DNA of 64,000 nucleotides from Candidatus Altiarchaeota archaeon (GCA_016931955.1 JAFGDV010000012.1:50255-114254); one strand, 5' to 3'; shown: positions 49,223 to 59,301, counted from the first letter of the stretch. The notes: generated by a model not told the origin, from the letters alone. Numbers and translations are program-made.

Positions 49223-50941
49223 ATGGGACCTGACTTTGAAGTGAGGGATAAAGACGTCGGCGGGAGGATTGGGAAGCTCAACATAGATAATAAGACCGTT
49301 GAAACGCCGTTGCTGATGCCGGTATACAATCCAAACAAGCCCCTGATAAGCATAGAAGAACTGAGGGATAGATTCAACCTAAAGGCCTTGATGACTAATT
49401 CCTACCTTATGTTGAAGGATGACACCCTCAGGGAGAAGGTGCTCGCGGAGGGCGTCCACAAGTACCTGAACTTCGATGGTTTAATAGCAACTGATTCAGG
49501 CTCATTTCAGCTGATGTCGTATGGGAGCGTTTCCACGACGAATAGGGGGATAATAGAGTTCCAGGAAAGGATCGGCTCAGACATAGGCTCCTTCCTCGAT
49601 ATACCCTCGCTGCCAGATTCTTATAAGCCCCGGGCGGCTGAGGAATTAGATACCTCCTTGGAGAGGGCTAAGGAAGCATTGAACGCAAAGTTTGTCGTCA
49701 ACGCCGGCATTCAGGGTTCAACGCACCTCGACCTCAGGAAGAAGGCTGCCTTAGGAATCGGGGGAAACTTCAGGCTGTGCGCCGTTGGTGGCATCGTCAG
49801 GTTGATGGAGGATTACCGTTTCTCTGACCTCGTGGATATCATCGCAACGGTGAAAGAGAATCTGCCTTCAGATAGGATTGTTCACGCCTTCGGCTTAGGT
49901 CATCCTATGGTTTTTTCTCTCGCTGCCGCCCTCGGATGCGACCTTTTTGATTCCGCTGCCTACGCCCTCTACGCCCAAGATGGTAGGTATATGACTGAGG
50001 CTGGGACGAAGAGGCTGGACAACTTGGATTATCTGCCGTGCTCCTGTCCAATCTGCAGTAAGTATGGTATGGAACTAAGGGAGTTAGAGGAGGGGGAACG
50101 GATTAAAAACCTGGCCTTACATAATCTCTACATCAGCTTTGAGGAATTGAACAGGGTCAAGCAGGCTATCAGGGAGGGTAGTCTCTGGGAGCTGTTGTCC
50201 ATGCGCACCAGATCACATCCAGGGCTTTTTTCAGCCCTCAGTAGGTTATCTGACCATAGTGGATGGCTTTCCAGGCTCGACCCCATCACAAAGAAGACAC
50301 CATTCTATTACACGGGAAGGGAATCCAGGTACAGATCCGAGGTCGTGAATGCGCGTAAAAGGATGAAGAGGGTTTCATCCGTTAACAGGATAAGACTTCA
50401 GCCCTTTGGCAGAGTGCCTGTTGAAGTCTTGGACGTCTACCCCTTCGGGAGCTTCAGTTCGCCTGAGGGTGTGGTCAGAGAGGATCCACCTTTTAGCGTT
50501 AGAGACATCGAGAAGTTACGAGCCATTATGGAGTACCAGTTCGGCAGTGGTGCCTCAGACCTTATAGAGGATGGCTTCAGGATAAAGAAGTCCAGGAAGA
50601 CTGGGAGGATCAGATGGATTTATAGGAAAAAAGAACTTGTCGCCTCAGTGCGCGCATCGGATCACATGATAATACCCAAACAGTATCTTGCGGAAAAACT
50701 CAGGGAGAGATTCAAGTACCCGAAGCTTAGGGTTGTCATTGATGATGAAGCTGTTCCCTTTGTCTCCGAGGGGAAGAGCGTCTTCGCCAGATTCGTTGTA
50801 TGGGTGGATCCTGATTTGAGGGCTAATGACGAGGTCTTAGTAGTTGATCGAAAGGACGAGCTTATCAGGACCGGTACATTGGTTCTCGCACCTAAGGAGG
50901 CTATTGATTTTAGTAGGGGTGTTGCCGTCAGGGTCAGATGA
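49223..50941 (+). CDS. tgtA: Archaeosine tRNA-guanine(15) transglycosylase with PUA domain
   Basis: ETP..MPV, TDSGSFQL, HAFGLGHP, DLFDSAAYALYA, CSCPIC; PUA GKSVFARFV. Confidence 0.95.
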   Translation: MGPDFEVRDKDVGGRIGKLNIDNKTVETPLLMPVYNPNKPLISIEELRDRFNLKALMTNSYLMLKDDTLREKVLAEGVHKYLNFDGLIATDSGSFQLMSYGSVSTTNRGIIEFQERIGSDIGSFLDIPSLPDSYKPRAAEELDTSLERAKEALNAKFVVNAGIQGSTHLDLRKKAALGIGGNFRLCAVGGIVRLMEDYRFSDLVDIIATVKENLPSDRIVHAFGLGHPMVFSLAAALGCDLFDSAAYALYAQDGRYMTEAGTKRLDNLDYLPCSCPICSKYGMELRELEEGERIKNLALHNLYISFEELNRVKQAIREGSLWELLSMRTRSHPGLFSALSRLSDHSGWLSRLDPITKKTPFYYTGRESRYRSEVVNARKRMKRVSSVNRIRLQPFGRVPVEVLDVYPFGSFSSPEGVVREDPPFSVRDIEKLRAIMEYQFGSGASDLIEDGFRIKKSRKTGRIRWIYRKKELVASVRASDHMIIPKQYLAEKLRERFKYPKLRVVIDDEAVPFVSEGKSVFARFVVWVDPDLRANDEVLVVDRKDELIRTGTLVLAPKEAIDFSRGVAVRVR

Positions 50942-51752
50942 ACTGGAGGGGAAAATAGATTTCATACCGCTCCTGTCTGCTTTTTTCTTCTCCTTGCAGG
51001 TAGTTGCATAGGTAGTATGGTAGGTAGACTATTCCGTCAAAGACTGCCTCAGCTAGGAAAAGTTTCCCAAGGAGCTCGGATACCTCCCCACTTGAGTGCT
51101 CGACTGGGTCTTTTGGGTATGTTGTGTGTTGTACTTCATCTACTTTTAGAAGGGATTCCAGGTCATAGGCTTTGTCTTCAATCTTTGGCACATGTATCTT
51201 TGACCGTACATAGTAGTTCTCTTCAGGGTAACCGTAGCCCCTGGATGCGACCTCTGCTATTCCCATGACGCTGTCGGTTTTTGATGAATAGGCTTCAATG
51301 AGGCCTCTCTGCATTAGTAGTACCATGTTCTTTTCATCCAGTTGATTTTGGAGTTGCTCGTATCTGACGCTCCCGAATTCAATAAGATCCAGCAGGAGAT
51401 CGCTTGCTTCCTCTGGCAGATCTTTGAGTACTATGAGGATGTCTGAATGCTCGACAGCTGGTTTAGAAAGCAACGCTTTTTTGACGTAGAAGAGCTCTAA
51501 ATGGGCTAGGTCGGCGTAGACTGTGTTTTGTTTCTCTTCGTGGGCTTGCTTCCTGAATACTGCCCCCTTTTTTTTCTTTTCTTCTCTAAAAACGTTGAAT
51601 CTGCCAAGTGGTATGTATCTCTTCTCTATCTGATCGATTCTTTCCTCTGAACCTAGGAACAGGATCTTCTTTTTTCTCTTGGATTCGAAATATCTCTTGG
51701 CTTCTTCAGAGTTTTCTGTGAGAGCGAATGCTTTCTCAGCCGAGTCATCCAT
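50934..51752 (-). CDS. Hypothetical protein
   Basis: 272-aa ORF with protein-like composition and no recognised motif. Confidence 0.6.
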   Translation of the reverse strand: MDDSAEKAFALTENSEEAKRYFESKRKKKILFLGSEERIDQIEKRYIPLGRFNVFREEKKKKGAVFRKQAHEEKQNTVYADLAHLELFYVKKALLSKPAVEHSDILIVLKDLPEEASDLLLDLIEFGSVRYEQLQNQLDEKNMVLLMQRGLIEAYSSKTDSVMGIAEVASRGYGYPEENYYVRSKIHVPKIEDKAYDLESLLKVDEVQHTTYPKDPVEHSSGEVSELLGKLFLAEAVFDGIVYLPYYLCNYLQGEEKSRQERYEIYFPLQFI

Positions 51753-51825
51753 GGTTATCTCTTATGTGCGAGTGCGTATAAATCCAATGGAAAAAATTGC
51801 TGATATTTTGAGATGGCGAGATATT

Positions 51826-52219
51826 GTAGTGCCTAACTGAGATGGTGTTGATACACAAAAAATCCATTGTGTGTTATCGAGCGCGGCGAAGATAACACCT
51901 TTGATCAACCTTTAGCAAAGGTTCCTGTAGTGCCTAACTATCAATCCTAGATGTATGGTATCAACATACCAATATACCAACATGTTTTTGTATTGCCATA
52001 TCAATATGTTATTCTTAGATACGTCTATGGTGCGGCTAAGCGTAAGCGCATGCCGCACATTTGATCAACCTTTAGCAAAGGTTGTTATAGTGCCTAACGC
52101 GAGGATATGCAAACGTATCAAATGACAAAGTACCCACGTCTATGGATTGTCGAAACTTGCTTTGCAAGTTTCCTTTGGGATGATAACCCTTTTCTAAAGG
52201 GTTATCTGTAGTGCCTAAT
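51826..52219. repeat. Array of four (G/A)TAGTGCCTAA cores, three of them preceded by a double hairpin
   Basis: Cores at 51826, 51927, 52087 and 52208; tttgatcaacctttagcaaaggtt identical at 51900 and 52060. Confidence 0.85.
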
Positions 52220-52244
52220 ATATCTTTGTGTGTAATACTATACA

Positions 52245-52415
52245 ATGTCCTACATTCGAACCAAGAGGATTAAGGGTGGGATCTATTATTACCTGGTGAA
52301 GTCTGTTAGGGAGGGTAGGAGGGTTTATCAGGTTAATCTCGCATATATTGGTGCTGTGAAGCCCAGCAAGGAGGCGGTCAGGAAACTGAAGAAGAAGTAT
52401 GATAGGGCTACTTGA
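52245..52415 (+). CDS. Small basic protein (56 aa) resembling the N-terminal segment of IS1634-type transposases
   Basis: MSYIRTKRIKGGIYYYLVKSVREGRRVYQVNLAYIG...; shorter than any ORF in the track. Confidence 0.6.
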   Translation: MSYIRTKRIKGGIYYYLVKSVREGRRVYQVNLAYIGAVKPSKEAVRKLKKKYDRAT

Positions 52416-53187
52416 CGACGCCTATCCTGTTGACTGGGCAGCTTTTTTTCTCACTGATCCTTGAGAGGGCTTCATATTCTTTCTCTGAAGCGAAGACTAT
52501 GAAGTTGTCCAGGTTCCGTGTCATGGGGAACTGAATCCCTGACTCAAGCTGGAATCTGAGGCCTGACTTCTCAGACATCTCGTATAGTGTTGATACCAGC
52601 CCCCCTTTTGTCACATCCTTTGCAGCATGTATCTCCACCTTCTCCAGGACCTCAAACCATGTCTCGAAGAGTTTCTGCGCCTTCAGTATTCTTTCTTCTT
52701 GGCTGCCCCAGATGGGCTCACCCACTAACGTCATTATGTCGCCTGGTTTCATGGAATTATCCCTGATGGGTTCATCCAACAAAAGCTCGCCGAAGACTGT
52801 TATGCTGCACCTGGGTTCGACCTCTTCGAAGAGCGTGTTTCCTCCGAGGATGGGTATCCTCATGGCCAAAGCCTGCCTTTTAAGGCTCTCAGCCATCTCC
52901 TTGACCTCCTCCCTGGTTCCGATCAACGTGTCTAAGGCGAACAATGGCCTGCCTCCTTTGACGACGACATCCGTTACTGCATGTATCAAAGCCGACTTCA
53001 TGACCAGCCTCTTGGTGTAGGGGCCGTCTACGCTGGCCAGAAGCTTTTTGTCTCCGAATCCTATGCAGACTGAATCATCCCAGTCCCTGATGCCCATTAT
53101 CGGCTTCAGTAGATCATCCATCTCAGAGAAATAGGCGTGAAGCCAGTCCAGTGATTTCACGTACCTCTCTATGAGTTCTTCCTCCAT
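52408..53187 (-). CDS. AIR synthase-related (PurM/ThiL superfamily) protein
   Basis: DDSV, SVDG, D.VVKGGRP, ILGGNT, KDVTKGGL. Confidence 0.8.
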   Translation of the reverse strand: MEEELIERYVKSLDWLHAYFSEMDDLLKPIMGIRDWDDSVCIGFGDKKLLASVDGPYTKRLVMKSALIHAVTDVVVKGGRPLFALDTLIGTREEVKEMAESLKRQALAMRIPILGGNTLFEEVEPRCSITVFGELLLDEPIRDNSMKPGDIMTLVGEPIWGSQEERILKAQKLFETWFEVLEKVEIHAAKDVTKGGLVSTLYEMSEKSGLRFQLESGIQFPMTRNLDNFIVFASEKEYEALSRISEKKSCPVNRIGVVK

Positions 53188-53275
53188 CCCTTAAGATATT
53201 TTCGGTGAATGACTAATAAGCTTGGGTGCTATTTTTATATAATGCTGCCTAAATCCTAAAGCGATTTAGTTTGAG

Positions 53276-54529
53276 ATGATGGACAGAAGCTCTCGATTCC
53301 CGGGTTTTTACAAGCTGAGCGTCGACGAAAGAATCGACAAGGTGAGGGATTTCTCCAAGCTGGGGGACGAAGATGTCAAGACCCTGAGTGGGGGGCTGAC
53401 GTTAGAGCAGGCTGATAGGATGATAGAGAACGTCATAGGCGTGATAAACATTCCTTTAGGTGTTGCCACAAACTTCCTGATCAATGGTAGAGACTACTTG
53501 GTACCTATGGCGACTGAGGAGCCTTCTATTGTGGCGGCAGCAAGCAACGCAGCTAAATTGGTTAGAGAAGGCGGCGGCTTCAGGACCTCCAGTACCGAGC
53601 CTGTGATGATCGGGCAGATTCAACTGATTGCGGAAGACCCTGAGGGCTCAGTGGAGAATATACTGAAAAACAAGGAACGCATCATCGAGTTGGCGAATGA
53701 ACAGGATCCTACCTTAGTATCTTTGGGCGGCGGCGCAGAGGACTTGGACGTTAGGATCATCGACAACGGAATGCTAGTAGTTCACCTCTACGTCAATGTC
53801 CAAGACGCCATGGGTGCCAACGCCGTGAACACCATGTGTGAGGCGGCCGCCCCCTACATAGAAGAATTAACCAATAGTGTAATATATCTAAGAATCTTAA
53901 GCAACCTGGCGACTGAGAGGATAGCCATGGCCGAGTGCGTGATTCCAACGAAAGTTATCGGTGAAGAGGCTGTTGAGGGGATAGTTCAGGCCTACGAATT
54001 CGCCGCAGCCGACATTTATCGGGCAACAACACACAACAAGGGCATAATGAATGGTATAACGGCCGTCGCCTTGGCTACTGGGAACGACACGCGCGCCGTC
54101 GAAGCCGGAGCACACGCCTACGCAAGCATTAACGGCGGATACATGCCTTTGACCAAGTGGGCTGAGAACGATACAGGAGACCTTATGGGGGAAATAATGC
54201 TTCCATTGGCTGTGGGGACCTTCGGCGGCGCAACGATGAACCCTGTCCAGAGGGTGGTGCTCAAAATCCTTGGCGTCCAAAGGGCTAAGGAGTTATCTGA
54301 GGTGATGGCCGCCGTCGGCTTGGCGCAGAATCTTGCGGCATTGAAAGCTTTGACCAGTGAAGGGATCCAGAGGGGTCATATGGCATTGCACGCGAAGAAC
54401 GTGGCCATGATGGCTGGAGCCAGGGATGATGAAATAGAGGGCATAGCGGAAAAACTCATCGAAGAGAAAAACATCAGAGTCGATCGAGCAGCGGAGCTGT
54501 TAAAGAAACTGAGGGGGAAACAAGAATGA
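53276..54529 (+). CDS. mvaA: HMG-CoA reductase, class II
   Basis: [42 protein letters not shown]. Confidence 0.93.
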   Translation: MMDRSSRFPGFYKLSVDERIDKVRDFSKLGDEDVKTLSGGLTLEQADRMIENVIGVINIPLGVATNFLINGRDYLVPMATEEPSIVAAASNAAKLVREGGGFRTSSTEPVMIGQIQLIAEDPEGSVENILKNKERIIELANEQDPTLVSLGGGAEDLDVRIIDNGMLVVHLYVNVQDAMGANAVNTMCEAAAPYIEELTNSVIYLRILSNLATERIAMAECVIPTKVIGEEAVEGIVQAYEFAAADIYRATTHNKGIMNGITAVALATGNDTRAVEAGAHAYASINGGYMPLTKWAENDTGDLMGEIMLPLAVGTFGGATMNPVQRVVLKILGVQRAKELSEVMAAVGLAQNLAALKALTSEGIQRGHMALHAKNVAMMAGARDDEIEGIAEKLIEEKNIRVDRAAELLKKLRGKQE

Positions 54530-55650
54530 AATCTTACAGGATTGGATTGATTCCAGGCGACGGCATAGGCCCTGAGATCATCGAAGAGGGTAGGAGGGTT
54601 ATTGAAGCCGTTTCCGAGATTGAGGGATTCAAGGTAAAGTGGGATATCTATCCATTCGGGGCAGACCATTATCTTGAGATAAAGGAGTTGTTGCCGGAGG
54701 ACTCTCTTAAAGAGATGAAAAAACTGGATGCCATCTACCTTGGAGCATTGGGTGATCCTCGAGTGAAGCCCGGGATCTTGGAGAAGGGCATTCTCTTGGC
54801 TTTGAGATTCTACTTCGACCAGTTTGTGAATCTTCGACCTATAAAACTCTTGGAGGGGGTAGATTGCCCACTCAAAGACAAGAGACCGGAGGACATAAAT
54901 TTTTTCGTCGTTCGAGAGAACACGGAAGACTTCTATGTCGGCATCGGGGGGCGTGCACCTAGGGGGAGCAGCAGAGAAGTTCTCGAAATCAAGAGGCACC
55001 TATACAACATCAGATTCAACCTCGACATTGAAGCTGACGGGGATGAGATCGCTTACCAGATCGGCGTCCTGAGCAGGAAAGGGACGGAGAGGGTTATCCG
55101 ATACGCCTTCGAATTGGCTAAGAAGAAGGGTAAGACGAGAGTCACCTCAGTCGACAAAGCCAACGTACTCACTCACGCCTATGGCTTCTGGAGGGAGATA
55201 TTTGAGAAAGTTGCAAAAGACTACACTGGAATCGAGACCGAGTTCAGTTTTGTGGACGCCATCACTATGTGGTTCTTGCGCAAACCTGAGTGGTATCAGG
55301 TCGTCGTAGCACCGAACATGTTCGGCGACATAATAACAGATTTGGGGGCCATGATCCAGGGTGGCTTAGGCCTCGCCCCGGGCGGGAACATCAATCCAGG
55401 AGGTGTTTCCATGTTCGAACCAATCCATGGTTCGGCTCCGAAGTATAAGGGCTTGAATACCGCTGATCCGATTGCGACGATCTGGGCTGGGGCGATGATG
55501 CTTGATGAATTGGGTGAAGAAAAAGCTGGGGAAAAAATAGTCTCCGCAATAGAAGCAGTGCTCAAAGAGGGGAAGACTAGAACCAGAGACCTTGGCGGTT
55601 CCTCTAAGACCTCGGAGATGGGCGACGCCATCATTGAAAAACTGAGATGA
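54526..55650 (+). CDS. leuB: 3-isopropylmalate/tartrate dehydrogenase family protein
   Basis: [40 protein letters not shown]. Confidence 0.8.
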   Translation: MKSYRIGLIPGDGIGPEIIEEGRRVIEAVSEIEGFKVKWDIYPFGADHYLEIKELLPEDSLKEMKKLDAIYLGALGDPRVKPGILEKGILLALRFYFDQFVNLRPIKLLEGVDCPLKDKRPEDINFFVVRENTEDFYVGIGGRAPRGSSREVLEIKRHLYNIRFNLDIEADGDEIAYQIGVLSRKGTERVIRYAFELAKKKGKTRVTSVDKANVLTHAYGFWREIFEKVAKDYTGIETEFSFVDAITMWFLRKPEWYQVVVAPNMFGDIITDLGAMIQGGLGLAPGGNINPGGVSMFEPIHGSAPKYKGLNTADPIATIWAGAMMLDELGEEKAGEKIVSAIEAVLKEGKTRTRDLGGSSKTSEMGDAIIEKLR

Positions 55651-56600
55651 CAACCAAAGCCTCTGCCCCGGGTAAGGTCATCCTACTGGGTGAGCATGCT
55701 GCAGTCTACGGCAACCCTGTGCTTGTGGCCTCGGTTGCCTTGCGCACCTACGTAAAAATCGATAGGAGAGGCGACGACGAATACACTCTCAACAACAGAT
55801 CTACCAACATAAAGAATCTTAGATTCTCTTTCTCCGATCTTCCCAAACTGAAGAAGGAGTGGGGTACTGTTCTTACTGCCGAATGTATAGACAAAACACT
55901 CCAGAAGCTCGATGAGAAATCAGGTCTCGACATCGAATTGTTTTCCGAGATTCCCGTAGCCTCTGGTATGGGTAGCTCGGCTTCGGCTTCCTCCGCCCTC
56001 TGCTACTCCATAGCGAAGGAACTGGGACATGAACTTGAGAAGAAGGAGATCGCTGATCTGGCGTGGAGCGTCGAGAACATTGTCCACGGCAGATCTTCCG
56101 GCGTTGACCCGTATGCTGTCACATTCGGCGGCGTCTTACGTTACAAAAAAGGCGACTTCGTCCACCTCAAGATCAAAGAATACCCTGAGGTCACAGTAGG
56201 CAATACCGGCGTCAAATCTAATACCCTGGAATCCGTTGGCGACGTAATGAAACTGAAAGAAGCGTATCCGGAATTCTTCGACGATTATCTTTCGGCTATG
56301 AAGCACATCGTAGACTATGGTCAACGGTTTCTGGAAGAAGGCGACTTCAGGAAATTTGGCGAGATCATGAACGTAAACCATGGTTTACTCTCTTCTATAG
56401 GCGTCTCCTCGCCTGAGTTAGAAAGACTGGTCTGGGCTGCACGTAAGGTTTCTCTTGGAGCCAAATTATGCGGCGCCGGCCGCGGCGGAATAATGGTCGC
56501 CCTAGGAGACGCAAGCAAGGAGATAGAGAAAGCAGGCGGCAAAGTCATAAAGACAAAAATCACGGATGACGGAGTGAGAATAGAATCTAACGGGTCGTGA
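55647..56600 (+). CDS. mvk: Mevalonate kinase
   Basis: [43 protein letters not shown]. Confidence 0.92.
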   Translation: MTTKASAPGKVILLGEHAAVYGNPVLVASVALRTYVKIDRRGDDEYTLNNRSTNIKNLRFSFSDLPKLKKEWGTVLTAECIDKTLQKLDEKSGLDIELFSEIPVASGMGSSASASSALCYSIAKELGHELEKKEIADLAWSVENIVHGRSSGVDPYAVTFGGVLRYKKGDFVHLKIKEYPEVTVGNTGVKSNTLESVGDVMKLKEAYPEFFDDYLSAMKHIVDYGQRFLEEGDFRKFGEIMNVNHGLLSSIGVSSPELERLVWAARKVSLGAKLCGAGRGGIMVALGDASKEIEKAGGKVIKTKITDDGVRIESNGS

Positions 56601-56632
56601 CTTCGCATTACCTCATTACTAACTTGATTGCA

Positions 56633-57904
56633 TTAGTCTCCTCCAGAAACTTCTGAATAACACACGTCTCTTGTGGTGTTTTCTTTGATGAAGTCACAGA
56701 TTGTAGCATTGGCTAAATCGACTGCGATTTTTTTGTAGCAGTAATCTTTTAATCCCATGATCTCGTGGACATTTTCACAGAGCCTGGGGTCGGGATTTGA
56801 TTTAAGCAATGACCAGATGCATCTTTCGTTCCATGCAGGGTTTGTCATCGACCCACATATTGATGGATTGTTTGTCTTTCTCGCAACGGCCATTCTGCAC
56901 ATGTAATTTTCCTCGTAACCAGAAACTGAATTACATATCCTTAATTCCCCTAGTTTTCCAGCTAGATCTATGAGACAGTAGGTCTTCTCTCTTGTATCGT
57001 TGATTTTATTGCAGATTGCTGGGTCTCCCTTTTTCATAGCCACATAACGGTAGCAACCTTCTTTGGAGAAGTTGACACTTTCTTGTATCTTCTCACATAT
57101 TTTTGAGTTTTCTGTAACATTAACAATAGTATGGTAGCACAAGTTTCTATATTCCAGGTCTTGTATTTTTTCGCAGATGCTAGCGTCTTGTTTGGCTACT
57201 GCTATGTCTGTGTAGCAGTTTATGATTCTTGCTTCGCTGACCTCTGAGCCCGCACATAATGGGCACAGGGAGGTGTTCTGTGTTGCTACGGCGACTTCAC
57301 AGTAGCAGGAAGCTTGTTGATCCTGATAGTGCCGAAACATGGATGTGCCTGTCGTCCCGCTGGGCGCTGGAGGTGCCTCCAGTTTCTTGCATAATTCCAG
57401 GTTTTTCTGTTCTTTAGCCAGCTTTATGTAGCATTCGTTTTTCTGGTACGATCCCTCAATTCCATCACATTCTGTCGTTGTCGTGGTTGTAGTAGTGTTT
57501 CTCAGCACACTCTCAACCCGTTCTTTGCACTGAGGATGGAAGAATGTGCTATAACCCAGATCCCTGTCACATATGGAAGGATCCTTAAGTGCATATGCTA
57601 CCTCAGTGAAACAATAAAAACGACCATGACCAGACATTTCATAGTCTCCGATCAATTCACATAAATCCGGATCTAAGAACCTGACTGCCACAGCTGAGAT
57701 ACTGCCTACGCTGTCTCCGCTGAGGGAGTCGAACTTTAGCCCCGTATAGCAAGCAAACCTCTCACTCAGGTTTTCGATACCAGAACATATTGATGCATTG
57801 AGGGTTGCTTTTGTCGTTGTTGTCGTCGTCTCTTCAACGGTTTCCTCCACGCACCCGCCCCACAGGGTCAGCAATATCGTCACTACTGCCATAACCTTTC
57901 TCAT
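56633..57904 (-). CDS. Cys-rich repeat lipoprotein/surface protein
   Basis: LWGGC lipobox-like segment, poly-Thr linkers, repeated C..I......CY..(I/V)A. Confidence 0.7.
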   Translation of the reverse strand: MRKVMAVVTILLTLWGGCVEETVEETTTTTTKATLNASICSGIENLSERFACYTGLKFDSLSGDSVGSISAVAVRFLDPDLCELIGDYEMSGHGRFYCFTEVAYALKDPSICDRDLGYSTFFHPQCKERVESVLRNTTTTTTTTECDGIEGSYQKNECYIKLAKEQKNLELCKKLEAPPAPSGTTGTSMFRHYQDQQASCYCEVAVATQNTSLCPLCAGSEVSEARIINCYTDIAVAKQDASICEKIQDLEYRNLCYHTIVNVTENSKICEKIQESVNFSKEGCYRYVAMKKGDPAICNKINDTREKTYCLIDLAGKLGELRICNSVSGYEENYMCRMAVARKTNNPSICGSMTNPAWNERCIWSLLKSNPDPRLCENVHEIMGLKDYCYKKIAVDLANATICDFIKENTTRDVCYSEVSGGD

Positions 57905-57943
57905 GTTAGACTATTGGATGAAAAAGAGATAAAACCGCTTCGA

Positions 57944-57994
57944 AAAATCATAAAGACGAAGATAACGAACGGAGGAGTGAGGATAGAAACTTAG
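57944..57994 (+). pseudogene. Orphan diverged copy of the mvk 3' end
   Basis: KIIKTKITNGGVRIET* versus [16 protein letters not shown] (56541-56588); gapless, 38/48 nt. Confidence 0.85.
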
Positions 57995-57995
57995 A

Positions 57996-58382
57996 CTATA
58001 CTAGTCTACAGTGCAATATCAACATTATCAATCCAACTGCTATGCAGATTAAACCAAGTGCATAGGTACTGTATATATGTATCACAGTCCTCGGGCGCAG
58101 CCTTCCTCTTATGCTACCCGAGAGTTCCTGCTCCCAGCCTATCCAGAGTTCAGCTACAAGAAAGAAAAAAGCACCGAAAAATACCGAAAACAATGCAGGA
58201 CCCAAACAGAATCTATAAGATGTTGTAGAATAGATTAACAGGAGGAGTAGAGACAAGAGAACACTCACTATCTTCAATGTCTTCCGTACTATTCCGAGCT
58301 TAAGCCAATTTATCGTGTTACCCTCAGACAATTCCTTTTTTAAAAGACACAACCCCTTCTTGAATTCCTCCAGGATACTCAT
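57996..58382 (-). CDS. Small membrane protein, hypothetical
   Basis: Three TM segments; start overlaps the map stop. Confidence 0.5.
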   Translation of the reverse strand: MSILEEFKKGLCLLKKELSEGNTINWLKLGIVRKTLKIVSVLLSLLLLLIYSTTSYRFCLGPALFSVFFGAFFFLVAELWIGWEQELSGSIRGRLRPRTVIHIYSTYALGLICIAVGLIMLILHCRLV

Positions 58383-59269
58383 CTTGTCGTGACCTCGCAT
58401 CCTTCCGCTGTGACTATCATTGTGTGTTCGAATTGGCTGACGATGCCTTTCTCTCTTTCGTGGAGTATGGGGTGAGCCTTCAGTGTTTCTTCTGAGACCA
58501 GGTTTCTCAAGACGAGGCTCAACCTCATCGGATTAATCTTTTTCGCAAACCAGCGTTCGGCGAAGGGTAATTTCTTCCTCTTCTCGACCTCGTTCAGCAG
58601 AATCCTGGCTTCCCTCATCCTCGTGGGCTTCATCTCTTTAAGGGAGAATATCTCAGCCTGCTTTGACTCAATGACTCTACCATATCCAGTGGTCGCAAAG
58701 GGTTCTATTGCGATTACCATATCCTCCTCCAGCCGCCAATCATATGGCACCTTTATGTTTGGAATCGATATCCCCGCATGGAGGTCGTATTGTTTGACCT
58801 CGTGTCCGGTGAGGTTCTCTATTGGTTTATAGCCGGAGCCTTGTATGGTCTCCTGCACGGCCGCCCCAATATCTGAGACAGATGCTCCAGGCTCTATGAG
58901 GCTTATAGCTTTCTCTAATGCTTCCTCGTTCGCCTTAAGCATCTCCTCGTAGTCCCCGGACAGATCAATGGTATAGGCGGTGTCTGCAATGTAGCCGTCT
59001 ACGTGCACTCCAAGGTCTATTGTAACCACATCATTCTCCTGTATCACTGTCTCATCGTTGTATTTAGGCGCATAGTGGGCTGCCACATCATTCAAACAGG
59101 TGTTAACCGGGAAGGCTACTTCAGCCCCGAGGTCCTTTATCTTCGTCTCTATACCGTCTGCAATATCCAGCAGCCTAGCATCCTTCTTCAACAGCTCCCT
59201 GCTCCATTCCCTCACCTCAGAGGCTATTTTTCCCGCCTTCCTGTATGCCTCCAACTCAGCTTCTTCCAT
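58379..59269 (-). CDS. map: Methionine aminopeptidase, type II
   Basis: AFPVN, AAHY, DLGVHVDGYIADTA, NLTGH, AIEPF, QFEHT. Confidence 0.95.
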   Translation of the reverse strand: MEEAELEAYRKAGKIASEVREWSRELLKKDARLLDIADGIETKIKDLGAEVAFPVNTCLNDVAAHYAPKYNDETVIQENDVVTIDLGVHVDGYIADTAYTIDLSGDYEEMLKANEEALEKAISLIEPGASVSDIGAAVQETIQGSGYKPIENLTGHEVKQYDLHAGISIPNIKVPYDWRLEEDMVIAIEPFATTGYGRVIESKQAEIFSLKEMKPTRMREARILLNEVEKRKKLPFAERWFAKKINPMRLSLVLRNLVSEETLKAHPILHEREKGIVSQFEHTMIVTAEGCEVTTR

Positions 59270-59301
59270 GTTTATAACTTGGAGAACAATATATTTAAGA
59301 G

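Noticed and set aside
51826-52219. CRISPR array
   Set aside because: The invariant core is only 11-12 bp, unit lengths vary from 101 to 160 bp, and no cas genes are present in the window.
51826-52219. Canonical integron attC array or Xer dif sites
   Set aside because: GCCTAAC fits RYYYAAC, but no paired GTTRRRY closes a long stem and no cassette ORFs lie between units. The 11-bp arm lacks a consistent partner arm 6 bp away.
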